Shown: piece after piece, positions 29,088 to 41,163 of the stretch
Layout: the number at the start of each line of letters is the position of its first letter
How positions within the stretch are numbered: the stretch's first letter is position 1
NCBI GenBank assembly: GCA_017463145.1
Contig: JAFTPR010000002.1
Span: 17,334-81,333 of the forward strand
Reading direction: 5' to 3'
Source: Clostridia bacterium
GTDB lineage: Bacteria > Bacillota > Clostridia > Christensenellales > Borkfalkiaceae
DNA length: 64,000 bases
Program-made: the position numbers and the translations under genes
The notes under the pieces: model-generated
Seen by the model: the letters and a program-made list of their open reading frames with translations, nothing else
The model's database searches: none
Told to the model about the DNA's origin: nothing

Positions 29088-30743
29088 ATGCTTTCGGATA
29101 TTGAAATAGCGGAATCCGCGCAGTTAGAAGACATACGCGAGGTGGCAAAAAAGCTCAACCTTACGGAAAACGATTTAGAGCTTTACGGTAAATACAAGGC
29201 AAAAGTGTCTTTGCCTAAAAACGCCAAAAGAAAGGCGAAACTGATCTTAGTGACGGCGATCAACCCCACCTCTTCGGGCGAGGGCAAAACGACCGTTTCG
29301 ATCGGGCTTGCCGACGGACTTTCCAAGATAGGCAAAAAGGCTTGTCTTGCGCTTAGAGAACCCTCTTTGGGTCCCGTTTTCGGAATCAAAGGCGGCGCGG
29401 CTGGCGGCGGGTATGCGCAAGTCGTACCGATGGCGGATATCAACCTCCATTTCACGGGCGATCTGCACGCAATCACGGCGGCGAACAACCTTTTGTGCGC
29501 ATTGATGGACAATCACATTTTCCGTGGCAATGCGCTTGATATCGATATCGACAACATCTATTTCCACCGTTGTATGGATATGAACGAGCGGCAGCTTATC
29601 AACATTATGACGGGCGGCAAAGGCAGAGGCGTGGAAAGAGAAGATCACTTCGACATCACCGCGGCAAGTGAAATTATGGCGGTACTTTGTTTGGCGACGG
29701 ATATCGACGATTTGAAAAAACGCCTCGGCAATATCATTGTCGGTTTGAACAAGAGCGGCGATTTCGTCCGCGCAAAGGATATTCCCGGCGCGGTGGGGTC
29801 TATGGCGGTGCTGTTAAAGGAGGCAATGAAGCCCAATCTCGTACAGACCCTCGAACACACTCCCGCATTTATTCACGGCGGACCGTTTGCCAATATTGCG
29901 CACGGTTGCAACAGCGTACAGGCGACGTATTGCGCTATGAGCCTTGCCGATTATGCAGTCACGGAAGCGGGATTCGGTGCAGACCTCGGCGCGGAAAAAT
30001 TCCTCGACACAAAATGTCGGGCGGCGGGTATCGAACCCGATTGCGTTGTGATTGTTGCGACGGTCAAGGCGCTCAAACTCCACGGCGGCGCGGCAAAGGA
30101 AACGCTCTCCGAAGAAAACCTTGAAGCGCTTGAAAAGGGTATGCCCAATTTGTTGAAGCATATCGAAAATGTGACGAACGTGTTCAAAAAACCCGTTGTC
30201 GTTGCAATGAACCGTTTCTTTACCGATACGCAGGCGGAAACGGATTTGGTCATTGAAACGGTGAGAAAGGCGGGTGCTACGGCGGTATTTACCGACGTAT
30301 TCCTGAAAGGCGGCGAGGGCGGCAAGGAACTTGCCGAAGAAGTTGTCAAGGCTTGCGAAATCCCCTCTAAACTTTGTCACCCGTACGAGCTGACGGACGG
30401 CGTTTGCGAAAAGATCGAAAAGGTAGCGCAAAAGATTTACGGCGCAGACGGGGTAGATTTCTCGGACGAAGCGCTTGCAAAAATCAAGGTCATTGAGGAA
30501 AAGGGACAAGGCAATATGCCCGTCATTATCGCCAAAACGCAATACTCCCTTTCGGACAATGCTGAGCTGTTGGGCAGACCTACGGGATTCCGTATTTCCG
30601 TACGGGATATCGTTTTGAAAGGCGGCGCGGGATTTATCGTAGCGATCGCAGGGAAAATCATGCTGATGCCCGGGCTTGGGGCGCACCCTGCCGCAGAAAA
30701 GATAGACCTTTTATCCGACGGTACGATCGTGGGCTTGTCCTAA
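29088..30743 (+). CDS. fhs: Formate--tetrahydrofolate ligase
   Basis: 551 aa. P-loop TPAGEGKTT-like motif PTSSGEGKTTVSIGL. Confidence 0.9.
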   Translation: MLSDIEIAESAQLEDIREVAKKLNLTENDLELYGKYKAKVSLPKNAKRKAKLILVTAINPTSSGEGKTTVSIGLADGLSKIGKKACLALREPSLGPVFGIKGGAAGGGYAQVVPMADINLHFTGDLHAITAANNLLCALMDNHIFRGNALDIDIDNIYFHRCMDMNERQLINIMTGGKGRGVEREDHFDITAASEIMAVLCLATDIDDLKKRLGNIIVGLNKSGDFVRAKDIPGAVGSMAVLLKEAMKPNLVQTLEHTPAFIHGGPFANIAHGCNSVQATYCAMSLADYAVTEAGFGADLGAEKFLDTKCRAAGIEPDCVVIVATVKALKLHGGAAKETLSEENLEALEKGMPNLLKHIENVTNVFKKPVVVAMNRFFTDTQAETDLVIETVRKAGATAVFTDVFLKGGEGGKELAEEVVKACEIPSKLCHPYELTDGVCEKIEKVAQKIYGADGVDFSDEALAKIKVIEEKGQGNMPVIIAKTQYSLSDNAELLGRPTGFRISVRDIVLKGGAGFIVAIAGKIMLMPGLGAHPAAEKIDLLSDGTIVGLS

Positions 30744-30888
30744 GGAAATGCATTGCAAGCTATGCTAACGCAATGCAAAGCATTGCAATTCACGCCGACG
30801 AACGGCGGCAATGTACGATTTTGGAAAAATCGATTTACGAAAGCAAAGCTTTTAATTCACTATAAAAACAAACTTGTGAGAGAATGAT

Positions 30889-32523
30889 ATGAACACTATC
30901 GAAGCAACCAATTTTATCGAACAGATCATCAACGACGATATTGAAAACGGCAAAATCTCCGCCGTACAGACTCGTTTTCCGCCCGAACCGAACGGATATC
31001 TGCATATCGGGCATATCAAGAGTATGCTCGTCAATTTCGGTACGGCGAAAAAGTATGGTGGCAAATGCAATCTCTTTTTCGACGATACCAACCCCTCCAA
31101 GGAGAAAACGGAGTTCGTAGACGCCATTCGTAAGGATATCGAATGGGTAGGCTACGATTGGGCGAAAGAGGTGTATGCCTCCGACTTTTTCGATATCATT
31201 TACGAATATGCCGAAAAGCTGATTAGGGACGGCAAGGCGTTCGTTTGCGACCTTTCCCCCGAGGAAATCAGCGCAACGCGCGGTACGTTGACGGAAGCGG
31301 GCAAGGACAGCCCGTACAGAAACCGCAGCGTTGAGGAGAATTTACAACTTTTCCGCGAAATGAAAGCGGGGAAATACCCCGACGGTAGCAAATGCTTGCG
31401 CGCAAAGATTGATATGGCTTCGCCCAATATGAATATGCGCGACCCCGTTATCTACCGTATTTTGCGCTCCACGCACCACCGCACGGGCGACAAGTGGTGT
31501 ATTTATCCTATGTACGACTATGCGCACCCTATCTGCGACTATCTTCAAGGCGTGACACATTCCCTTTGTACGCTGGAATTTGAGGATCACCGCCCCTTGT
31601 ACGATTGGGTAGGTATCCAGCTGGGATTTGCACCCAAGCCCCGTCAAATCGAGTTTGCCCGCCTTGCCGTGACGAATACGGTTATGTCTAAGCGGTATTT
31701 GAAAAAGCTCGTCGAAGAGGGACACGTCCACGGCTGGGACGATCCCCGTATGCCCACGGTGGCAGGTTTGCGCAATCGCGGCGTGCCGCCCGCAGCACTC
31801 CTCGATTTCTGTACGAAAATCGGTATTGTAAAGGCAAATTCCGAATGTCAGCTTTCCTATTTGGAAGCGTGTATCCGTGACAATTTAAACGAGAATGCGG
31901 AACGGGCTATGGCGGTACTCGAACCGTTGAAAGTAACGCTTACCAACTATGAAGGCGAGGAAGAATTAGAAACGGCGTTGCACCCCTTAAAGCCCGAGTT
32001 GGGTACGAGAAAAGTGGCGTTTTCCAAGACGGTGTATATCGACAAAGCGGACTTCTCCGCCAATCCCCCGCCCAAGTATCAGCGCTTGAAGCCGGACGGC
32101 TACGTGCGCTTGAAGAATGCGTATATCATTCATTGCGACGAGGTTGTAACGGACGAAAACGGCGAAGTGGTCGAGCTGAAATGCTCGTATATCCCCGAAA
32201 GCCGCTCCGCAAACGATACGAGCGGTATTAAGGTCAAGGGAACGATTCAATGGGTAGACGGTAAGACGGGCGTAGACGCGGAAATCCGCAAATACGGCGT
32301 ATTGTTAAAGGATGCGGAGTACGCAGGACAGGATTTCGGCGAGAGAATGAACCTCGACAGCGAACATATTTTCCAAGGCAAGGCAGAGCCGTACCTTTTC
32401 GCTAGCGAGGAAAACAAGCCCTTCCAGCTTATGCGTATCGGCTATTACAAAAAATGCACGGACGAAAACGGGAAACTCGTATTGTCCGAAATCGTTTCGC
32501 TTAAAGATAATTTCAACAAATAA
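30889..32523 (+). CDS. glnS: Glutamine--tRNA ligase
   Basis: RFPPEPNGYLHIGH (HIGH motif) and VMSKR (KMSKS motif). 544 aa. Confidence 0.85.
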   Translation: MNTIEATNFIEQIINDDIENGKISAVQTRFPPEPNGYLHIGHIKSMLVNFGTAKKYGGKCNLFFDDTNPSKEKTEFVDAIRKDIEWVGYDWAKEVYASDFFDIIYEYAEKLIRDGKAFVCDLSPEEISATRGTLTEAGKDSPYRNRSVEENLQLFREMKAGKYPDGSKCLRAKIDMASPNMNMRDPVIYRILRSTHHRTGDKWCIYPMYDYAHPICDYLQGVTHSLCTLEFEDHRPLYDWVGIQLGFAPKPRQIEFARLAVTNTVMSKRYLKKLVEEGHVHGWDDPRMPTVAGLRNRGVPPAALLDFCTKIGIVKANSECQLSYLEACIRDNLNENAERAMAVLEPLKVTLTNYEGEEELETALHPLKPELGTRKVAFSKTVYIDKADFSANPPPKYQRLKPDGYVRLKNAYIIHCDEVVTDENGEVVELKCSYIPESRSANDTSGIKVKGTIQWVDGKTGVDAEIRKYGVLLKDAEYAGQDFGERMNLDSEHIFQGKAEPYLFASEENKPFQLMRIGYYKKCTDENGKLVLSEIVSLKDNFNK

Positions 32524-32535
32524 GGAGTGATGCTT

Positions 32536-33786
32536 ATGACGTATTCGTTATTGGCGGGCGGCTTGAAAGCAATAGAAAAATACCTTCCGACGATTGCTAT
32601 TGCGGTCGGGGTGGCGCTAGTTCTTATTGCGTTCTTTATCGGTTTTGCTCGCGGCGGCAGAAAGGTAAGCTGGGCGGGCTTTACGTGGGCGCTGATTATG
32701 GTTGCGTACGTGCTGATTGAGAAATTTCTCGGCGCTAAGCTCGACAGCGCGTTTGGAAGCAAATTGGCAGGTAAGCTCAACGCGCAGGCAGCTGCAATGA
32801 TTTCTACGCTTCTTTCCGCGTGTATTGCGGTGCTTGGCGTATTGTTTTTCTACGGTATTTTCAAGGTGATATTCCGTCCGCACTATAAGCGCGTAGACGT
32901 GCACGGCGACAGGTTTGTCGCAGATGACGACGGAATTGAATATGATGAGGATGCGGACGATTACGACGACTATGAGGAATACAAAGCGCGTGGTATGACG
33001 GTGCGTGTCGGCTACGGCAAGCCGGGAATTTTCGGACGGTTGTTTGGTGGGATTATTTGCGCGGTCAATACGGCGGTTATCGCTGGCGTGAGCGTGCTTT
33101 TCGTATTGTCGGTGCTTAGCATAACGCCTTTGAAGAGTGGCGCGCTTGCACCCGTGTACGAGATGAAAGGCGTTGATAAGTTAATTATCCTTTGTAAAAA
33201 GTACCTTTTGGACGCATTGTTAATCGGTGTGTTTGCGCTGTTTGCAGGCAAGGGATTTAACGTGGGCGCAATGTCAAGCTTGCGGATTTTGATTGTTAAG
33301 CTTGGCGGTTTTGCTGCTTCTATATTTGCGTTCTATTTGCCTTTCTCGAAATTTGCCAAAACGGGATTTTTCTTGAAGTTTGTTAAAAAGTGCATTGGTG
33401 CGGCAGGGTCTATCGGTATTCCTGCGGCGGCAACGGGAATCGTTGGTAAAATCTTGGCAGGGTTTATTCTTTGCGTGGCGGCGGTGCTTGCCCTTGTTAT
33501 TATCAACGTGTTCTTGAAAATGCTGGCTTCCGTCATCAAAAAGTTTGGTTTCTTCCGCGTGATTGACGGGGCAATCTCGGCAATAGTATTCCTTTTTATC
33601 GGTATTCTTTTGTGTGTACTCGTCTTTTCGGCAATTGCTGCGTGTGCGCATTTCGACTTCTTTAACCTCGGCAAGATGTTCGACGGCACGGTTTCTTTGG
33701 CAAGCGAAATGTTTGAAACGTGTTTTGTATACGTATCGAAAATATTTGATAAACTCAAAGGCGCGCTGTCCAAAATAGGCAAATAA
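32536..33786 (+). CDS. Hypothetical polytopic membrane protein with acidic loop
   Basis: Track ORF starts at 32527 (GTG). The ATG at 32536 has better spacing from AAGGAG. Many TM segments. DDDGIEYDEDADDYDDYEEY loop. Confidence 0.5.
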   Translation: MTYSLLAGGLKAIEKYLPTIAIAVGVALVLIAFFIGFARGGRKVSWAGFTWALIMVAYVLIEKFLGAKLDSAFGSKLAGKLNAQAAAMISTLLSACIAVLGVLFFYGIFKVIFRPHYKRVDVHGDRFVADDDGIEYDEDADDYDDYEEYKARGMTVRVGYGKPGIFGRLFGGIICAVNTAVIAGVSVLFVLSVLSITPLKSGALAPVYEMKGVDKLIILCKKYLLDALLIGVFALFAGKGFNVGAMSSLRILIVKLGGFAASIFAFYLPFSKFAKTGFFLKFVKKCIGAAGSIGIPAAATGIVGKILAGFILCVAAVLALVIINVFLKMLASVIKKFGFFRVIDGAISAIVFLFIGILLCVLVFSAIAACAHFDFFNLGKMFDGTVSLASEMFETCFVYVSKIFDKLKGALSKIGK

Positions 33787-33802
33787 ACGAATACAAAAAA
33801 CG

Positions 33803-33836
33803 GGGCGTAAACCACAACGGTTTACGCCCTTTTTTT
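33803..33836. terminator. Bidirectional intrinsic terminator
   Basis: GGGCGTAAACC / GGTTTACGCCC hairpin with flanking A and T runs. Confidence 0.75.
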
Positions 33837-33844
33837 GTTCTCTA

Positions 33845-35732
<1,888 letters not shown>

Positions 35733-35735
35733 GGT

Positions 35736-36773
35736 TTATGCCGCAGGGGTATAGTACAAATCAATCAGATGTACGACGTACAGAAGCGATTCGTACTGAA
35801 ATCCGTCTTCCACGCCCGACATATTGAGGAAAATGACACTCATATTCTCTGCCGTGATATATTCCTCGGTGACGGGTTTTCCGTCCTTGTCCGTTTGCGG
35901 GTTGCCGTTTTCGTCCACTTTGTTGCGCGTGCCGTAGTAGGCAAATTGTTCTTTCAAACCGCCCATGGTATCCACGTTCGGGCAAAGGTTGAGCGCAAAA
36001 TTCTTTTCCTCGATCAGCATTTCGCCTTTGGAATTCTGCAAACCCGCTTTCACGAGCGTGACCGTTCCGTTATCGAGATAGCCGTATATCTTTTCGAGGG
36101 CATCGCGATATTTTTCGATACGGTCGATATCGTTTTTCACACCCTGCTTTATCTGCGCTTCCTTTTTAAAGCGTTTGTCCTTGTTTTTGATTGCGCGGGC
36201 GCGGAATTCCTTTTCTACTTTTGCCGTATCGAGGGTGTTTTCGTCCGTCCAGTCGGTATAGAATTTTGCAAGATACGTTTCCAAGTCCGTAAAATATTTG
36301 TCGATATCCGTCGCGTAGCGAAAGTTACCATTCAAAAACGTTTGCAAATACGTGCGGGAATATTTCGTTTCGCCCGTTTCCTCGTCCGTGTACGCGGTGG
36401 ACTTGTCATCAATGGCGGGGAGGAAATATACGTCGCCCTCGTCCGTGGCAAAACGCGCCTCGCGGAGCGTAGCCGCGTATTCATGATTGGAAGCAAGGTC
36501 GTTGATGTTGGTTTCGATTACTTCGTAGGAAAATACGCCGTCTTTAAACGCGCGTTGATAGTCGTTTGTGAATCCGTTGTCCAAGGTCAAGTTCGTTTCG
36601 TGGTTGAATACGGTAAATTGTTGCGAGGGGCGAATTCGCGTTCCCGTCATTGTAAAAACGAGCGACCATACAAGGATTGCCGCTACGCAAAGCCCTATTA
36701 TCTTTAACCAATCGTAGGAAAGCAGTCTTGCAATTCGTTGTTTTGTGATTTTAGCGTCCATATCGTACTCCAA
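35736..36773 (-). CDS. Hypothetical membrane-anchored protein
   Basis: Single N-terminal TM (WLKIIGLCVAAILVWSLVF) plus a ~300-aa soluble domain. No family recognised. Confidence 0.5.
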   Translation of the reverse strand: MEYDMDAKITKQRIARLLSYDWLKIIGLCVAAILVWSLVFTMTGTRIRPSQQFTVFNHETNLTLDNGFTNDYQRAFKDGVFSYEVIETNINDLASNHEYAATLREARFATDEGDVYFLPAIDDKSTAYTDEETGETKYSRTYLQTFLNGNFRYATDIDKYFTDLETYLAKFYTDWTDENTLDTAKVEKEFRARAIKNKDKRFKKEAQIKQGVKNDIDRIEKYRDALEKIYGYLDNGTVTLVKAGLQNSKGEMLIEEKNFALNLCPNVDTMGGLKEQFAYYGTRNKVDENGNPQTDKDGKPVTEEYITAENMSVIFLNMSGVEDGFQYESLLYVVHLIDLYYTPAA

Positions 36774-36828
36774 ACGATACGCGCCGATAAACGGAGCGGT
36801 GTTCCGTTCCTTTTATCGGCGCTGTCGT

Positions 36829-38331
36829 TTATTTTTTGGGTTTCATTGTGGGGAAGAGAATAACGTCGCGGATTGTCGAGCTGTCCGTAAGGAGCATGAC
36901 AAATCTGTCCAATCCCATTCCCAAGCCGCCTGTGGGCGGTAAGCCGTATTCCAGCGCGTTGATGAAATCTTCGTCTACCTGCGCGTCGTTGTTGCCCTTT
37001 GCGCGCTTCGCTTCCACCTGCTTGACCATACGTTGTTTTTGGTCGATCGGGTCGTTCAGCTCGGAGAATGCGTTGCCGTATTCGTGTCCGCAAATGAAGT
37101 ACTCGAAACGTTCTGTAAACGCAGGGTTCGAGGGTTTGCGCTTGGCAAGGGGGGAGTTCTCGACGGGGTAATCGTAAATGACTGTGGGCTGAATGAGCTT
37201 GTCCTCAACGAACGCGTCGAACAGCTCGATAAGCACCCAGCCCTTCGTTGCGTTTTCGTGTTCCAATTCCACGCCGAGCGCCTTTGCCGCTGCACGCGCG
37301 TCTTCGTCCGTAGCCCAATTGTTATAGTCTACGCCCGCATACTTTTTGACGGCTTCCGCCATCGTCATACGCGACCATTCGCCCATATGAATTTCCGTAC
37401 CTTGGTAGGTAATATCGAGCGTGCCGCAGACCTTTAACGTAACCGTTTTATACAAATCCTCGATCATATCCATCATATCGAAGTAGTCGCTATACGCTTC
37501 GTACATTTCAATAGAGGTAAATTCGGGGTTGTGGTAAGCGTCCATACCCTCGTTGCGGAAAATTCTGCCTACCTCGTATACTTTGTCCATACCGCCGACA
37601 ATCAAACGTTTCAAGAACAGCTCCGTTTCGATACGCATATACATATCGAGGTCGAGCGCGTTGTGATGCGTTTTGAACGGTCTTGCGTCCGCGCCGATCT
37701 CCAAGGGGAGAAGCGTGGGCGTGTCCACTTCGAGATATCCGCGGTTATCGAGGAACGCACGGATTTCTTTGAGGATTTGCGAACGTACGCGGAACGTGTC
37801 CCGTACGTCCTTGTTCATAATCAAATCCAAGTGGCGCAAACGGTATTTCATATCCTTGTCTTGCAAGACGTTGTATTTTTCGGGCAGGGGTAACAGGGAT
37901 TTGGAAAGGAGCGTCAGTTCGGTGACGTGTACGGAGATTTCGCCCGTTTGCGTTTTGAACACAAAGCCTTTGAAGCCGAAGATATCGCCGATATCGTAGT
38001 CCTTTTTATAGGACGCGTAGTTTTCCTCGCCGATATCCTGACGGGTTACGTAGATTTGGATATTTCCGCTTCTGTCCGCAATGTGCGAAAAGGAGGCTTT
38101 GCCCATAATACGGCGGGACATCATACGCCCTGCCATAACCACGGTTTTTCCCTCGTATGCCTCAAAGTTGTTTTTCACCGTTTCGGAGTCTGCATCTACG
38201 GGATATTTCACCTGCTCGTAGGGATTTTTGCCTTCCGCAACGAGCTTGGCAAGCTTTTCCCTGCGGATTCTCGCCTGTTCGATAAGCTGTTCTTCTTCCG
38301 TTACGCCTTGTACGTTGTTATTTTCTTGCAT
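36829..38331 (-). CDS. lysS: Lysine--tRNA ligase (class II)
   Basis: 500 aa, OB-fold plus class II core. greA-lysS synteny. Confidence 0.9.
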   Translation of the reverse strand: MQENNNVQGVTEEEQLIEQARIRREKLAKLVAEGKNPYEQVKYPVDADSETVKNNFEAYEGKTVVMAGRMMSRRIMGKASFSHIADRSGNIQIYVTRQDIGEENYASYKKDYDIGDIFGFKGFVFKTQTGEISVHVTELTLLSKSLLPLPEKYNVLQDKDMKYRLRHLDLIMNKDVRDTFRVRSQILKEIRAFLDNRGYLEVDTPTLLPLEIGADARPFKTHHNALDLDMYMRIETELFLKRLIVGGMDKVYEVGRIFRNEGMDAYHNPEFTSIEMYEAYSDYFDMMDMIEDLYKTVTLKVCGTLDITYQGTEIHMGEWSRMTMAEAVKKYAGVDYNNWATDEDARAAAKALGVELEHENATKGWVLIELFDAFVEDKLIQPTVIYDYPVENSPLAKRKPSNPAFTERFEYFICGHEYGNAFSELNDPIDQKQRMVKQVEAKRAKGNNDAQVDEDFINALEYGLPPTGGLGMGLDRFVMLLTDSSTIRDVILFPTMKPKK

Positions 38332-38351
38332 TGTAGACCTCTTAAAACTTC

Positions 38352-38819
38352 TTAGGAAATTTGCATTATTTTCAGTTTGTATTCGCCGTCGGGCGCGTTG
38401 ACCTTAACGATATCGCCCACTTTGTGCTTCAACAGCGCGTTGCCTACGGGCGAATCGTTGGAAATTTTGTTTTCCATTGCGTTTGCTTCCGTCGTACCCG
38501 TAATTTCGTATTCCACTTCTTCGTCGAATTCTTCGTCGTAAACAAGTACTTTCGAGCCTACGTGTACGAAAGAGGTATCCGTGTTTTCTTCGAGAATAAC
38601 GGCGTTTTTGAGCTTATAGTCCAGCTCGGCAATTTCGCCCTCGTTTGCTGCTTGCTCGTTACGAGCCGCCTCGTATTCGGCGTTTTCGGAAAGATCGCCG
38701 TGGCTTCTCGCCTCTGCGATACGTTCAATGATCGCCTTGCGCTTGTCGCCTTGGAGATATTGAAGCTTTTCCTTCATTTCATCATAGCCCTTTTTCGTCA
38801 TAATAAATTGGTCTGCCAT
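38352..38819 (-). CDS. greA: Transcription elongation factor GreA
   Basis: Motif SHGDLSENAEYEAARNEQ. 155 aa. Confidence 0.9.
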   Translation of the reverse strand: MADQFIMTKKGYDEMKEKLQYLQGDKRKAIIERIAEARSHGDLSENAEYEAARNEQAANEGEIAELDYKLKNAVILEENTDTSFVHVGSKVLVYDEEFDEEVEYEITGTTEANAMENKISNDSPVGNALLKHKVGDIVKVNAPDGEYKLKIMQIS

Positions 38820-38888
38820 AAAAAACCCTCCTTATTTTTTCCGCCCGACAGCAAAAAAACCGCCCGCTTGCGGAACGTTAAAAATCAA

Positions 38889-38930
38889 CCGTGACTTTGT
38901 TATTTTCGCAAAAGTCACGGCGTTTTCTTT
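38889..38930. terminator. Intrinsic terminator downstream of the aminotransferase gene
   Basis: CCGTGACTTT / AAAGTCACGG hairpin with T-rich flanks on both strands. Confidence 0.6.
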
Positions 38931-39020
38931 CTTTGTAATCTTATTATATAGCATTTTTGGATTTTTGTCAATGATTTTTTCGCATACTTTCGATAATTTC
39001 ACATTGATTTTCCGAAAATA

Positions 39021-40184
39021 TCACCTTTGCAAATACGCGCCAATTCGATCGAATGCTTCGGAGAGCGCCGTCATACTCGTAGCATACGAAAGACGGACGT
39101 TGTTTTCGCCGAATTGTCCGAATGCGCTCCCCGGCACAACCGCTACTTTCTTTTCTTTTAACAAATTTTCCGCAAACGCTTCGCCTGAAAGTCCCGTGTT
39201 TTTTACGGACGGGAACGCATAGAACGCGCCTTGGGGCGTGAAGCAGTCCAACCCGATTTCTTTGAGCGAATGTAACACGAATTTTCGGCGTTTATCGTAG
39301 GAGTCGCGCATTTCCTCGACGGTGGCGAAATTGTCCGAAAAGCCGTCCTTTAACGCCTCTATTCCGGCGTATTGCGATACGCTCGGCGCGCACATAATCC
39401 CGTATTGGTGGATTTTGAAAATCGCCTCGTCGATTTCGGGCGGAGCGCACACGTAGCCCAAACGCCAGCCCGTCATGGCAAACGCTTTGGAAAAACCGCT
39501 GATGTACACCGTCCGTTCTTTCATGCCGTCGAGCGCGGCGATACTCGTATGCGTTTTGCCGTAGGTAAGCTCCGCATAAATCTCGTCCGTAATGACAAGA
39601 AGGTCGTGCTTGATGAGGACGGAAGCGATTGCTTGCAGCTCTTCCTTGGTCATAATTGCGCCCGTAGGGTTATTGGGATAGGTGAGAATAATCGCCTTGG
39701 TTTTGGGTGTGACCGCCTTTTCGATATTTTCGGGCTTGATGACGAAGTTATCCGCTTCGTGACATTCTACGTGCACCGCTTTCCCGCCGCAAATCTCTAC
39801 GAGCGGAGAGTAGGAAACGTACGCAGGGTCGGGAATAAGTACCTCGTCGCCGATATCCACGCAAGCGCGGAGCGTAAGGTCGATCGCTTCGCTCCCGCCG
39901 ACGGTCACGAGGATATGTTTGGGGTCGTAAGTAAGGTGAAACCGCTCGAAAAGGTAGCGGGAAATAAGCTCTAACAAAGCGGGCAGACCGCGGTTGCCCG
40001 TGTACTGCGTGTATCCCCGTTGCAGGGACGTAACGGCGGCTGCGCGGACTTTCCAGGGCGTAATAAAATCAGGCTCGCCCACACCGAGGGAAATCGCGCC
40101 TTCCGTTTCCCGAACGATATCGAAAAATTTCCGAATCCCGCTCGGCTTTAATTCTTGCGCCCGCTTGGTAATAAACGTACGCAT
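39021..40184 (-). CDS. Class I/II PLP aminotransferase (AlaT-like)
   Basis: SGFSKAFAMTGWRLGY (PLP lysine). Operon with an Lrp/AsnC regulator, resembling Bacillus alaR-alaT. Confidence 0.75.
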   Translation of the reverse strand: MRTFITKRAQELKPSGIRKFFDIVRETEGAISLGVGEPDFITPWKVRAAAVTSLQRGYTQYTGNRGLPALLELISRYLFERFHLTYDPKHILVTVGGSEAIDLTLRACVDIGDEVLIPDPAYVSYSPLVEICGGKAVHVECHEADNFVIKPENIEKAVTPKTKAIILTYPNNPTGAIMTKEELQAIASVLIKHDLLVITDEIYAELTYGKTHTSIAALDGMKERTVYISGFSKAFAMTGWRLGYVCAPPEIDEAIFKIHQYGIMCAPSVSQYAGIEALKDGFSDNFATVEEMRDSYDKRRKFVLHSLKEIGLDCFTPQGAFYAFPSVKNTGLSGEAFAENLLKEKKVAVVPGSAFGQFGENNVRLSYATSMTALSEAFDRIGAYLQR

Positions 40185-40188
40185 ATGC

Positions 40189-40680
40189 TTATGCCTGTAC
40201 GCAAAGACGGTTGTCGGCGTCTTGCGGCTCGGTGAGCGTACCTTCGATTTTGTACTTTTTCAAAATGAAATGCGTAGCCGTTGAAAGCACGCCGTCAAAG
40301 GTCGATATTTTTTCGGAAACGAAACGGGAAACGCCCAAAAGCGTTTTGTCCTCGACGAATACCGCCAAATCGTACGCACCGCTCATCAAATAGACGGACT
40401 TCACCTCGGGGAACGCCGCTATCTGTTTGGCAATCCCGTCAAAGCCCTCTTTTTTCTTAGGGGAAACTTTGACTTCGATCAGCGCCTGTACAAGCGAATC
40501 GTCCGCCTTTTCGCCGTTGACGATCGCCGTATATTTGACGAGTACGCCGCTGTTTTCCATATTGCGAATCGTTTGCGCAACCGTTTCCTCGTCTACGGAA
40601 AGCATTGCCGCAATCTTTTTGGGCGCAAGCCTTGCGTCCTGTGTTAAAACGTTTAAAATGTCCTTTTCCAAAGTAGTCAT
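40189..40680 (-). CDS. Lrp/AsnC-family transcriptional regulator (AlaR-like)
   Basis: N-terminal HTH (DILNVLTQDARLAPKKIAAMLSVDEETV) plus a RAM domain. Confidence 0.75.
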   Translation of the reverse strand: MTTLEKDILNVLTQDARLAPKKIAAMLSVDEETVAQTIRNMENSGVLVKYTAIVNGEKADDSLVQALIEVKVSPKKKEGFDGIAKQIAAFPEVKSVYLMSGAYDLAVFVEDKTLLGVSRFVSEKISTFDGVLSTATHFILKKYKIEGTLTEPQDADNRLCVQA

Positions 40681-40726
40681 AAAAGTACCTCGTTATAAGA
40701 TAGCCCGCGGATTTTCTCAGCGGGGC

Positions 40727-41008
40727 TTAGAGTATATTTTCGATAAACAAATGGTCGTAACCGAGTGATTCCACAAAATCGCGCGGCAAAAATTTTACGT
40801 GGTTGAACTTTGCGAAATTGAAAATATGCGTTTTCGTCAGCACGGGCGTGGGAATATCCAGCTCGTGGCAGATCTCCGTCATATAATCGAAAAAATGCGA
40901 ATACGTCAGCTTTTCGGGGTTCTCGTATACGAATTGTTTGCGGATTCTGCCGCTTGTCATTAGTTTAGCCCAAATTCTCATACGTAATATTATACACGAA
41001 ACGCGCAA
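40727..41008 (-). CDS. Hypothetical small protein
   Basis: 93-aa track ORF. The alternative start MRIWAKL at 40981 sits only 8 nt from a TATAAT, so the mRNA may be leaderless. Confidence 0.35.
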   Translation of the reverse strand: MRVSCIILRMRIWAKLMTSGRIRKQFVYENPEKLTYSHFFDYMTEICHELDIPTPVLTKTHIFNFAKFNHVKFLPRDFVESLGYDHLFIENIL

Positions 41009-41163
41009 AAAAGTAAACTGTTTTTTGCTGTTCTACGCCGTTTGTTTTCGGCATAAGATAAACCAAAACAAACCGCTGGAAGTAGATTCGACGGGAAAAG
41101 CGGTATTTCGGGCAGAAAAGACAAATTTCTCCCAAAAATTTCCTGCATAATGGAGGCACGCGT

